Below are positions 1-9,198 of a stretch of DNA of 64,000 bases, piece by piece. The first letter of the stretch is position 1; each line of letters starts with the position of its first letter. The position numbers and the translations under genes are program-made. The notes below the pieces were generated by a model that had not been told where the DNA came from, made no database searches, and was given only the letters and a program-made list of their open reading frames with translations. Source of the stretch: an uncultured bacterium (GTDB lineage: Bacteria; Edwardsbacteria; AC1; EtOH8); contig CAZPNX010000012.1 in assembly GCA_964588285.1 (NCBI GenBank), positions 5,329-69,328 of the forward strand. The letters run 5' to 3'.

Positions 1-39
1 ATTGATTTTCTAAAATTACTGTGTTAGACTTTTCATATT

Positions 40-1545
40 ATGAGGGAAAAAGGTAAAATCATTATTTCCATCCTCTGCCTGATTGCATCTGCTGCCGGGG
101 CGGAATGGGGCAGCGAAGAGAACCTGACCGAGTGGTCGGTGGGGGGCTCTTGGACCACCCCAAACAACGCCAGAGGGATTGCCTGTTCAGGCGACACGGT
201 GTTCTTGTTGTGGCATGATTCCCGCATGGGCCCGGCGCCCAATCGCGGTTACAGGTTATTCTGCAAAATCTATGACGGCCAAACATGGTCCGGAGATATT
301 CTGGTGGGGGCCTTCAATAATTCAGCCTTCCACAACTGGAATCCCTCATGTGTCATAGATGATTATGGCAGGCTTCACGTAGTTTGGGAAAGCAACGATA
401 TCAATTATCCGGACCAGGGAAACGACGACATCGTCTATCGCATGTATCAGGGCAATGACTGGTCCTCGACTGTCAGGCTGACCAGCCATCCGTTGCATTC
501 ATGGCATCCTTCGATTACCAACGGACCGGGTGGACGGTTGGACGTTTTTTGGCAGGACGATAGGAACGGCGGCTTCCGCATATACGCTAGAACCTTCGAT
601 GGAGTCTCCTGGCAATCCGAGTATTGCTTGGATACGCTTTGCCGGGCAGCGTCTTTCCCCAGTGCCGCCACCTCGCTGGGCCGGCCGGCCGTGGCTTGGC
701 AGGACTTTCGCACCGGCATCAACCAGATATTTTTTATATCCCAAGGCTCAGGGGGGTGGGGCCTTGACAGCGCCGTCAGCCATTCCACCTTCGGAGCCTT
801 TACCCCATGCCTGGTTTCCGACGTTGCCGGCAATCTCCACCTGGCTTGGGAGGACTACCGCGACGGCAACGGCGAAATCTATTATCGACGGTTGTCGGCA
901 GCCACCGGCAGTTGGGGGCCGGAGGCCAGAATCACCTTCGATCCTTCGCATTCTTGTTGGCCGGTGATGGCCTGCCGGAGCGACAGCCTGGTGGATATAT
1001 TCTGGGCGGACGACCGGGAAGGCAATTATGAAATCTATACGGCCCGATGGTCCGGCGGAGTTTGGGGACCGGAAAGCAGACTGACCTATCAAAACGCGGC
1101 ATCCCTTATTCCATCGGTGGCGGCCGATTCCAGGGGCAACCTGCAGCTGGCCTGGACCGAGATGCGAGTAAACCAGGCTTACGCCCCCGATGTCTTTTTC
1201 ATGAGGAACATCATCAACCCTTGGCCTAAAGGGGCGTTGTCGGGCGATTCAAATTCAAGGATAATATCCGGATTCACCATCAATCCAAACCCATCCATCG
1301 GACGGGTCCGCTTTGATTTTACCCTGAAAAACCGAACATCGGACGGGACGGCCGAGCTGGCCATATACAACCTGTCCGGACAGCGCTTGGTGAACATTAA
1401 GAATAACAGAATAAAAGCGGGGATAAATTCTATTTTCTGGGACGGACTGTGCAGTGACGGTCTGCGTCCAGCATCGGGGGTTTACCTGGTCAGAATTACG
1501 GCCGACGGACAAAGCGCCAGCCGGAAGCTGGTCGTCTTGAGATAG
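40..1545 (+). CDS. Secreted beta-propeller (BNR/TolB-like repeat) protein with C-terminal FlgD-Ig/T9SS-CTD-like domain
   Basis: Signal peptide; repeated W-x-D-x-R-x-G-N-x-[DE]-I-Y blades; C-terminus NPNPS...IYNLSGQ...WDG...GVYLVRI...RKLVVLR. Confidence 0.75.
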   Translation: MREKGKIIISILCLIASAAGAEWGSEENLTEWSVGGSWTTPNNARGIACSGDTVFLLWHDSRMGPAPNRGYRLFCKIYDGQTWSGDILVGAFNNSAFHNWNPSCVIDDYGRLHVVWESNDINYPDQGNDDIVYRMYQGNDWSSTVRLTSHPLHSWHPSITNGPGGRLDVFWQDDRNGGFRIYARTFDGVSWQSEYCLDTLCRAASFPSAATSLGRPAVAWQDFRTGINQIFFISQGSGGWGLDSAVSHSTFGAFTPCLVSDVAGNLHLAWEDYRDGNGEIYYRRLSAATGSWGPEARITFDPSHSCWPVMACRSDSLVDIFWADDREGNYEIYTARWSGGVWGPESRLTYQNAASLIPSVAADSRGNLQLAWTEMRVNQAYAPDVFFMRNIINPWPKGALSGDSNSRIISGFTINPNPSIGRVRFDFTLKNRTSDGTAELAIYNLSGQRLVNIKNNRIKAGINSIFWDGLCSDGLRPASGVYLVRITADGQSASRKLVVLR

Positions 1546-1566
1546 TCCATCGACGACATCTTTCGC

Positions 1567-4500
1567 ATGATCATGATGACGGTCAAAAGCATACTGACAA
1601 CCATTTTCGTCCTTACCTCGGCCGCCTCGGCTTTTGAGATGACCTTGATGTCCAGCGGCCGCCAGGGCCTGGAGATAGATATTCGCTTCCAACGGCCGGA
1701 AACGACATCGGTAGTCATCGGTGAAAGAACATACCACCGGATCGTCATGGAGGGCTGCCGAGCCTCTGCCGATCCCGGCCAGCCGGAGTTGCCTCAGAAA
1801 AGCTTTATGGTGGCGGTACCCCCCAATCATCGTCTTGTAGCCGAGGTTTCGACCTCGGGGGGCGGTGAATTGAAAGGAATAAGACCTCTGCCGGCTCCAG
1901 GACTGAACGACGGAACCGAGAGGGCTTTTATTTTAGGGGATGGTTACCGGGTGGATGGAACGTATCCCAAAACTAAGCTCATGGTTTCCGAGCCGGCATG
2001 GATAGGCCGGATCAAAGTGGCCACGGTCACGGTCTTTCCTGTTGTCTTCCGGCCGGGACCGGAGGCGCTGCAATGGAGCGACCGCTTCAATATCTCAATA
2101 AAATACCTACCCGCCTACACACAGGACCGTCCGGCGGATCCTTGGCCCCCCCCCTTGCCAACCCCTTCCGAAAAAACGGCCCTCGATGTTCTGATTAACA
2201 GCGTACAGGCTGCAGAATGGTTCTGCCGGCCGACCGGGCAGAACCAGAAGGTCTCGACCGTATCTTCGGACACCCTGCCATTCAAGATGCTGGTGAGATC
2301 CGACGGTATCCATCGTGTCGGCTATGCCGATCTGGCCGCGGCCGGCATCGATCCCAGGCTTTTCGACCCCAGGAATTTGAAGGTTTTTTACCGGGGCCGG
2401 GAGGTGCCAATATATTTCCCAGGACAGGAGGACGGAATTTTCGATCTCCAGGATTATTTTGAATTTTTTGGACAAAGAGCAAAAGGAGAAAACACCCATT
2501 TCCATGCTTACACCGATAACCAAGTCTACTACCTCGGTTTCGGCGGGGCCAACGGGGCCAGGATGGTGGAGGAGGATGCCTTGCCTTCCTCGCACCACAG
2601 CTATGTTCCCTCGGAGTTCAACGACACCCTGCATTTTGAACACGACAGCATTTTTGTCAGGCTCAATAAAAGGGAGAGCGATCAGAGCGATCGCTGGTTC
2701 TGGCGCCGGGTGGACCAGGGAGACAGTTTGGTGGCCGTATTCGACCTGTCAGGGCTGAACGCTTCATCCCAATCGCCGGTCGAGTTTACCGTGGCTCTTC
2801 ACGGTTATACCTATGTAGATAACGGAACCGATCCGGACCACGGAGTGGCGGCCACCATTAACGGCCACGTCCTGCCGGCGCAGTTTTTCGACGGCCAGGC
2901 GCCTTACCTATATCGTGTTTCGATTCCTTCGCACTGGTGCCAACCGACATCCAACCGTCTGATTTTTTATCACGCGCAAGTTCCCTATACAAACGACAGC
3001 TATTTGCTGAATTGGATAGAGGTCTCATATTTCCGCCTCTATAAGCCAGAAGGCGATAGGTTGGAATTCATCCGGCCGTCAGGTACTCCGGATACCTTAT
3101 GCGAGTTTACGGTCGGCGGTTTCAGCAGTCATGTCATAGATATATATAAGCCCGGAACCAGCAAACTGACGGGGATTAAAATCGAAGCTGGGCCTTCCGG
3201 GCTTGATTATCAGGCAACTTTCCAAGACAAAAGCTTCGGCCCTGTCGGCTATGTGGCGGTGGACGGGGGGGCGGCAGCCAGATTGAAACCGGCGGCTATT
3301 ATCCCGAACAGGTCTTCTGATCTGAGAAACCTCACCAACCGCGGCTTATACTTGATAGTGGCTCCGGACACGCTTCGGTCCCAAGCCTTGGCTCTGGCAG
3401 CCCAGAGATCGGCCCAATTCCCCAGCGCTACAGTGGCCCTGACCTCGGACATCTACGACGAGTTCAACGGGGGACTCCCGTCGGATGCTGCCGTAAAGGA
3501 TTTCATAAGATACGCCTACGAGCATTGGGTCGAGCCTCCAGCCTATGTATTGCTTATGGGTGAGGGGTCGTACGATCCCAGGAATCTGCTGGGCAACAGT
3601 CGCATCGATTTTGTGCCGGTCCACTTCACCCGAACCGACGATTTCGGGCCGGTGGCCGATGACAACTGGTACGCTTGCGTTTCCGGAAGCGACCAGCTGC
3701 CCGACATCGCCTTGGGGCGGTTGGCGGTATCTACCGTACCGCAGTATGCCCAGTGGGAGAACAAGAGATATTTCTACGAGAACAGTCCGATCGTCGATCA
3801 ATGGCGGCGCGATTTTATGCTGGTGGCCGGTTGGCCTAAAGAACCTGGGGATGATTTCCATACCCCCAGCGATCAATTGGCCAGCTCTCTTGACCCCAGG
3901 TTCACTGTTTCCAAGGTCTATCACGGCCCGGGTCAGCACAGCACTCAGAACCTCATCGAACAGTTCAACGAGGGGTCGGCAGTTCTTTTCTATTATGGAC
4001 ATGGCGGCGGCCGAGTATGGTCGATGAGTTTTTTCTTTACCAACAATGAGATCCCTAGGCTCAACAACTGGGGCCGTTGGCCTTTTGTCACCGCCGCCAC
4101 TTGTTTCAGCGGCGCCTTCGACGTTCCGGATACCACCTCCCTGTCACAGGATCTGCTGCGGGCCCATGGTGGAGCCATCGGGGTGCTGGCTTCTAGCGGC
4201 CCCTCTTGGGGGAACACCATGGAATGGACGGTGGCTGGAGCCATTAATGAAAAGGGCAATAGGCGCTTGGGTGATATCGCTCTTTCCGCCAAATACCAGC
4301 TATCCGGAGGCCTGCCTCCCGGCGGGTACATATCCGAGATGATGAGCAGCTTCAACCTGCTGGGGGATCCGGCCACCAGCCTGGCTTTGGCCGACACCGG
4401 CCTCAGGCCCGCTCTGTCACCGTCCTCGGTGGCCCCGGGAGATTCACTTGGTTTGCTGTTGACGGGTGATTTTCCAGCATCATCCATAGGCCTGTTCTCT

Positions 4501-6375
4501 TTGGCCGACTTCACCGACACCGTCAGGCTGCAAAGGGCCTTCACCGTAACCCAGGCCGGCTTTGCTAAGGTGGTTTTAGCAGGGGACAGCACACTGGATT
4601 CCGGAAGCTATCGAGCGAGGGTGTATCTCAAGCATGGTCATAGAGACTGGGCAAGTTCAACCGATCTGGGTGTGGGCTGTCCGGCATTTTCCGGTTTCCG
4701 GGTTAACCCTGCCCGTCCCACCGACTTAGACAGCATTTCGATCTCGGCTTTGGCCTACAGCCAAAGCGGCATCGACAGCGTATGGTGCTCTTACGGTTTC
4801 GGGTCAAGAAACGACACTTTATCGGCCACAAACCGCGTAGCCATGGTGCCGTTAGGCGGGGATACCTTCAGCCTTTCATCAAGACTGGTTATGGCCGGGT
4901 ATCAGCCATATTTGATTTACCGTCTGTCACTGGCTGACACCCAAGGTCTGATCTGGAGCAGCGATTATCAAACCGTCCGCATCTGGAGGAGGCCGGACCT
5001 TGTGCCCGACCCCCTAGCAACCCCGGTATCCATGGGTGGATACAAAAGGCTGTCGTTGCAAGCCTGGATAAGAAACCGGGGGGAGATGGATGCTGTTGCC
5101 GTCCCAGTCCATTTCTATGCGGAAGGCAGCGATTCGCTGATCGGTGTGGTCATGGTTGACACCGTTAAGATCAACCAGGTGAAAAAGGCCGAACTGTCCT
5201 GGCCCCATGGAAACAGAAGGACGGATGTTTACATAAGAATCGATCCCCTGGGTGTCATGTCCCCGTCCGACCAGGACACCAGCAACAACCGGTCCGCGCC
5301 CTGCCGGGTTCCCAAGGAACCTTACTATTATTGGCAGCTGAACCAAACCGGCGGCAGCGGAGACACAGTCGTCCTGGATGGCGGCAGGTTCCGCTGGTTT
5401 CTTCCCGACTCCTGCCTGCCCGACAGCGCCGTAGCGTTTTACGGCGAGTTGGAGATAGACGGCAGCTCGCCTTATTATCCTTCACTTCAGCCAGGGCTTG
5501 TTCCTTTTGACACCATCTTGCCGTATTACGGGTTGATGGTTGGGCTTTGCGACTCCTCTCTCGGCTTGCTGCCGTCAAAAAGGATTTATGTGGCCATTGC
5601 CGACAGCGGACTGGACAGCGCCAATGTTAAGAATGCCGGAGTATATTGCCTTGGTAAGATGTCCGGACAGCACAAACTTATTGGAGAAGACCGCTTGTTT
5701 GGTTGGTGCTGGGGGAGATCCCAGTCAACCGGCCTGTTTTCTCTGCTCTGCAGAGCCGACACTACCGGTCCGACCATCGTTGCTCGAGTCGATCGGCGGG
5801 CTACGGGCTGGGGCAATTATGTTAGGACCTCCGCCCAGCTTTACCATATAATCGCCGAGGATCCAGACGGAGTGGATCCATTTTCGTTTCGCATCAGGCA
5901 GGATGGCGTCGAGATGCCGATCAGCAACTACTCGATCGATTTCAACCCGGCCGACTCCCGTTCGTTGCCGGTGCTGTACCCCGCTACCCTGGGCCAGGGA
6001 CACCATACCTTGGAATTCGAGGCAGCCGATCTTCTGGGAAACAGGTCGATCAGCAGGGACGAAGTCGACGTTCTGGTCGCCTTCGGCCTCTACGAGATCG
6101 CCAACTACCCCAATCCGGTGGACGGCGATCTGACCACCTTCTACTTCTTCGTGGGAGATCACGCCGACCGCTGGCGGACTGACATCTACACCGTGGCCGG
6201 CCGGCATCTCCGGACGCTGGAGGGCGGATACGCCTCCGGGGTCCACACCTTCGACTGGGACCTGACGGACAGGGAGGGGAGAAGGGTGGCCAACGGCGTC
6301 TATTTCTATGTAATGACGGTATGGGCCGGCGAGCGCGCCGAGAAGCGGACCGGCAAGCTGGCCATCCTCAGATAA
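1567..6375 (+). CDS. Peptidase C25 (gingipain/PorU-like) with propeptide, CARDB-like region and C-terminal FlgD-Ig/CTD-like domain
   Basis: YVLLMGEG, LPDIALGRL, YYGHGG (catalytic His), AATCFSG (catalytic Cys), FNLLGDP; ends NYPNP...WDLTDREGRRVANGVYFY; immediately upstream of a PorV-like gene. Confidence 0.85.
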   Translation: MIMMTVKSILTTIFVLTSAASAFEMTLMSSGRQGLEIDIRFQRPETTSVVIGERTYHRIVMEGCRASADPGQPELPQKSFMVAVPPNHRLVAEVSTSGGGELKGIRPLPAPGLNDGTERAFILGDGYRVDGTYPKTKLMVSEPAWIGRIKVATVTVFPVVFRPGPEALQWSDRFNISIKYLPAYTQDRPADPWPPPLPTPSEKTALDVLINSVQAAEWFCRPTGQNQKVSTVSSDTLPFKMLVRSDGIHRVGYADLAAAGIDPRLFDPRNLKVFYRGREVPIYFPGQEDGIFDLQDYFEFFGQRAKGENTHFHAYTDNQVYYLGFGGANGARMVEEDALPSSHHSYVPSEFNDTLHFEHDSIFVRLNKRESDQSDRWFWRRVDQGDSLVAVFDLSGLNASSQSPVEFTVALHGYTYVDNGTDPDHGVAATINGHVLPAQFFDGQAPYLYRVSIPSHWCQPTSNRLIFYHAQVPYTNDSYLLNWIEVSYFRLYKPEGDRLEFIRPSGTPDTLCEFTVGGFSSHVIDIYKPGTSKLTGIKIEAGPSGLDYQATFQDKSFGPVGYVAVDGGAAARLKPAAIIPNRSSDLRNLTNRGLYLIVAPDTLRSQALALAAQRSAQFPSATVALTSDIYDEFNGGLPSDAAVKDFIRYAYEHWVEPPAYVLLMGEGSYDPRNLLGNSRIDFVPVHFTRTDDFGPVADDNWYACVSGSDQLPDIALGRLAVSTVPQYAQWENKRYFYENSPIVDQWRRDFMLVAGWPKEPGDDFHTPSDQLASSLDPRFTVSKVYHGPGQHSTQNLIEQFNEGSAVLFYYGHGGGRVWSMSFFFTNNEIPRLNNWGRWPFVTAATCFSGAFDVPDTTSLSQDLLRAHGGAIGVLASSGPSWGNTMEWTVAGAINEKGNRRLGDIALSAKYQLSGGLPPGGYISEMMSSFNLLGDPATSLALADTGLRPALSPSSVAPGDSLGLLLTGDFPASSIGLFSLADFTDTVRLQRAFTVTQAGFAKVVLAGDSTLDSGSYRARVYLKHGHRDWASSTDLGVGCPAFSGFRVNPARPTDLDSISISALAYSQSGIDSVWCSYGFGSRNDTLSATNRVAMVPLGGDTFSLSSRLVMAGYQPYLIYRLSLADTQGLIWSSDYQTVRIWRRPDLVPDPLATPVSMGGYKRLSLQAWIRNRGEMDAVAVPVHFYAEGSDSLIGVVMVDTVKINQVKKAELSWPHGNRRTDVYIRIDPLGVMSPSDQDTSNNRSAPCRVPKEPYYYWQLNQTGGSGDTVVLDGGRFRWFLPDSCLPDSAVAFYGELEIDGSSPYYPSLQPGLVPFDTILPYYGLMVGLCDSSLGLLPSKRIYVAIADSGLDSANVKNAGVYCLGKMSGQHKLIGEDRLFGWCWGRSQSTGLFSLLCRADTTGPTIVARVDRRATGWGNYVRTSAQLYHIIAEDPDGVDPFSFRIRQDGVEMPISNYSIDFNPADSRSLPVLYPATLGQGHHTLEFEAADLLGNRSISRDEVDVLVAFGLYEIANYPNPVDGDLTTFYFFVGDHADRWRTDIYTVAGRHLRTLEGGYASGVHTFDWDLTDREGRRVANGVYFYVMTVWAGERAEKRTGKLAILR

Positions 6376-6382
6376 GGTCGAA

Positions 6383-7387
6383 ATGAGAGGGAACCTGGCT
6401 AACATAAAAATAGCCGCGGCGCTAGCAGCGCTTCTGTCCGCCGGAAATGCCGGGGCCGACCGTTACGGCGGCGAGTTTCTGAACATCCCGGTGGGAGCCA
6501 GGGCCCAGGCCCTGGGCGGGGCCTATGGTTCGGTGGCCGACGATCCCAGCGCCGTCTATTGGAATCCCGGGGCTCTTTCCCGACAGGCGGGCTACGAGCT
6601 GATGGCCGGACATAGCTCCCTTTTGGATGGCCTAGCCGATCACGATTTTCTGGCCGCCTCCGGCCCGGTATCATCCAAAATGTGGCTGGGCCTGGGTTGG
6701 GTGAGACTGGGCGTCGACGGCATCCCAAGGTTCTCCCATACGGTGGGCACGCCGCCCCAGGGTGATTTCAGCGACAACGAAAACGCACTCTTGGCCTCGG
6801 CCGCCTTCAAGCACCGGATCAGGCCGACCGGTCGGACCATCTGTCTTAACAGCGGGGTAAGCCTTAAATTGATCTACAACCGTCTGGACAACCATCAGGC
6901 CACCGGTTTGGGGATGGACGCCGGCTTAGTGGCGGTGGTCAGGCTGGCCGATGTTTTTTATCCGGCAAACGATTCAAAAGCTTTTGGGGAAATGATCGTT
7001 GATCCCCGGCGCCGCTTCCTGGGGACGCTCAGCCTTAGCCTGGCGATCACCGATATCGGCGGCACCGCCATCTCCTGGGACACGCCCCGCCAGCACCAGG
7101 ATGTTCGTCCCGCGGCCGCCAGAATCGGTGTCTCGTACCTTCAGCCGCTGGCTTTTCTGCGGAGCTCGGCTCTGGCCTGCTGGGAGACCTCGACCGAACC
7201 CTTGCAGAAGTCAAGGGCCGGGGCCGAGCTGGAGCTATACCGCCGGCTGTTCCTCAGGGGCGGATGGGACCGGGGCCAGGCGGTCTGGGGCGGGGGGGCG
7301 GCCGTCTGGCGGCTGAGGCTGGACTACGCCTGGAACGGGCACGACCTGGGAAACACCCACCGGGTCAGCATTGCTATAAAATTATAG
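6383..7387 (+). CDS. PorV/PorQ-family outer-membrane beta-barrel
   Basis: GEFLNIPVGARAQALGGAY...DPSAVYWNPGAL N-terminal signature; C-terminal LDYAW...LGNTHRVSI strands. Confidence 0.8.
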   Translation: MRGNLANIKIAAALAALLSAGNAGADRYGGEFLNIPVGARAQALGGAYGSVADDPSAVYWNPGALSRQAGYELMAGHSSLLDGLADHDFLAASGPVSSKMWLGLGWVRLGVDGIPRFSHTVGTPPQGDFSDNENALLASAAFKHRIRPTGRTICLNSGVSLKLIYNRLDNHQATGLGMDAGLVAVVRLADVFYPANDSKAFGEMIVDPRRRFLGTLSLSLAITDIGGTAISWDTPRQHQDVRPAAARIGVSYLQPLAFLRSSALACWETSTEPLQKSRAGAELELYRRLFLRGGWDRGQAVWGGGAAVWRLRLDYAWNGHDLGNTHRVSIAIKL

Positions 7388-7400
7388 TAATATAAACATC

Positions 7401-7430
7401 TTGCTCTAAAAGGCCCTTTTAGGGTGTAAT
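7401..7430 (+). promoter_or_regulatory. Putative sigma70 promoter of the riboswitch-tup operon
   Basis: TTGCTC-N18-TGTAAT ending about 6 nt before the riboswitch P1 stem. Confidence 0.45.
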
Positions 7431-7435
7431 CCATC

Positions 7436-7548
7436 ATCTCCGATTCCGCTTCCCTAAAGTCATTGGCCATGGTGAGTGGAACGGTTCCGCCAATGGCGGA
7501 CAAGGGTGCGGCGGGAAACAGCCGCGCCTCCCGTGTTCGGAAAGGAGA
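7436..7548 (+). ncRNA. Molybdenum/tungsten cofactor (Moco RNA motif) riboswitch
   Basis: P1 CTCC/GGAG; P2 TTCCGCT/AGTGGAA; P3 TCCGCC-AAT-GGCGGA; P4 GTGCGGC-GGGAAACA-GCCGCGC; conserved 3' CCTCCCGTnTTnGGAAAGG; lies upstream of tupABC-moeA-mobB. Confidence 0.85.
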
Positions 7549-7564
7549 GGTTGCCGGCACCGCG

Positions 7565-7591
7565 CCCCATCGACCTCGATGGGGTTTTTTT
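7565..7591 (+). terminator. Intrinsic terminator (riboswitch expression platform)
   Basis: CCCCATCGA-CC-TCGATGGGG followed by T7, 12 nt before the tupA ATG. Confidence 0.85.
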
Positions 7592-7603
7592 ACGACCGAG
7601 GCT

Positions 7604-8503
7604 ATGCTCTACACTTCATCGAAAATAGGACGTATACGCTCCAGGCTTTCTTTTAGGGTGGCGATCCCGGCTCTGGCGGCAGTTTTTCTATGGACGGCCT
7701 TGACCGCCTGTCAAAGCCGCCAGCCTAGTCTGGTGCTGGCCACCACCACCAGTCTGGTGGATTCGGGGCTGCTGGATTCTCTGACGCCGCTGTTCGAAAA
7801 AGAAAACGGATGTCGGGTGCAGGCCATAGCCGTCGGGACCGGGGCCGCCCTCCGGTGCGGTCGCCAGGGAAACGCCGACATTGTTTTGGTCCACGATCCG
7901 GAAGCCGAGCTGGAGGCTGTCAACGAGGGTTTTTTCACCGGCCGCCGCCTGGTGATGTCCAGCAATTTCATGATCATTGGTCCAGCCGAGGACCCGGCCG
8001 GGATCAAAGGGCAGGCCTCGGCTGTCGAGGCCCTGAAGAAGATCTACCATACCCGGGCCGTTTTCGTCTCCCGGGCCGATCAATCGGGCACCCATAAGAA
8101 GGAGCAGCGGCTTTGGCATTCGGCCGGCCTGTCGCCCAAGGGCTCCTGGTACCTTGAGGCCGGCGCCGGAATGGAGACGGTGTTGCGCCTGGCCAACGAA
8201 AAACGGGCTTACTGTCTGAGCGACCGGGGGACTTATTTTGTCCACCAAAAGGAGATCCATCTGAAAGTCTTGGTCTGGGGCGATTCCGTCCTCTTCAATC
8301 CCTATCACCTGATGTTGGTTTCGCCGGCCAGGCATCCCAAGGTAAACCACCGGCTGGCCGTCAAATTTTCTGACTTTATGCTTTTGCCTCGGGTGCAGGG
8401 CATGATCCGACGGTTCGGGTCCGGCCGCTTCGGACAATCTTTGTACCTTTCGGCGGCCGGTTCCGATTCAACCCCAATCAGGGCCGATGGGAGTAAAAGG
8501 TAA
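7604..8503 (+). CDS. tupA: Tungstate ABC transporter substrate-binding protein
   Basis: ATTTSLVDSGLL, AVGTGAAL, SRADQSGTHKKE, YCLSDRGTY, NPYH motifs; start moved to ATG 7604 (GAGG RBS, downstream of the terminator). Confidence 0.9.
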   Translation: MLYTSSKIGRIRSRLSFRVAIPALAAVFLWTALTACQSRQPSLVLATTTSLVDSGLLDSLTPLFEKENGCRVQAIAVGTGAALRCGRQGNADIVLVHDPEAELEAVNEGFFTGRRLVMSSNFMIIGPAEDPAGIKGQASAVEALKKIYHTRAVFVSRADQSGTHKKEQRLWHSAGLSPKGSWYLEAGAGMETVLRLANEKRAYCLSDRGTYFVHQKEIHLKVLVWGDSVLFNPYHLMLVSPARHPKVNHRLAVKFSDFMLLPRVQGMIRRFGSGRFGQSLYLSAAGSDSTPIRADGSKR

Positions 8504-9198
8504 TGGCGGGCCTTGGCCAAAGCCTCTTACAAGCCTTCGGCCTTCTGGCCGGGTTTGATACCGAGATCTGGAGCATCGTTTTGCTTTCGCTCGAAATCTC
8601 GCTTTCTTCCGCTCTGCTGGCTTCCTGCCTGGCCGCCCCATTGGCCTTGGCCATCACCCTGAACCGATTTTCCGGCAAGCGGGTCGTCATCGGTGCGGTG
8701 CAAAGCTTCATCGCCGTGCCGGCGGTGGTCATCGGATTGGTCTGTTACCTGTTGCTGTCGCGCTCCGGGCCGCTGGGATTCTGGCAACTGCTTTACACTC
8801 GGTGGGCCATGGTCATTGCCCAGACAGTTCTCATCGTTCCCCTGATGACCGGACTTTCCGTGGCCGCGCTCCAGGGGGTGGGCCAGAGGGTGAAAGAGAC
8901 CATGGTTACCCTGGGCGCCAGCCGCGCTCAGAGTATCCTGGGCATTATGCGGGAGGCCCGCTTCTCACTGGGGGCCGCCTTCATTGCCGGATTTTCCCGG
9001 GTGCTGGGCGAGACCGGGATGACCATGATGGTGGGCGGCAACATCAGGGGCCAGACCCGGGTGATGACCACGGCCATCGCCTTGGAGACCATGAAGGGCA
9101 ACTTCGAACTGGGGATCGCCCTGGGATTGATACTTCTCTTTATGGCTATCGGGGTGAACATCGTCCTGCAGCTGATCCAGGGGAGGGCAGGAAGGTGA
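8503..9198 (+). CDS. tupB: Tungstate ABC transporter permease
   Basis: Hydrophobic; LGETGMTMMVGGNIRGQTRVMTTAIALET; start overlaps the tupA stop. Confidence 0.9.
   Translation: MAGLGQSLLQAFGLLAGFDTEIWSIVLLSLEISLSSALLASCLAAPLALAITLNRFSGKRVVIGAVQSFIAVPAVVIGLVCYLLLSRSGPLGFWQLLYTRWAMVIAQTVLIVPLMTGLSVAALQGVGQRVKETMVTLGASRAQSILGIMREARFSLGAAFIAGFSRVLGETGMTMMVGGNIRGQTRVMTTAIALETMKGNFELGIALGLILLFMAIGVNIVLQLIQGRAGR

Noticed and set aside
7463-7603. N-terminal extension of the tupA ORF
   Set aside because: It runs through the riboswitch and terminator
8802-9194. N-terminal 131 aa of the 487-aa track ORF
   Set aside because: Overlaps tupB out of frame; the GTG at 9195 coupled to the tupB stop is the sensible tupC start
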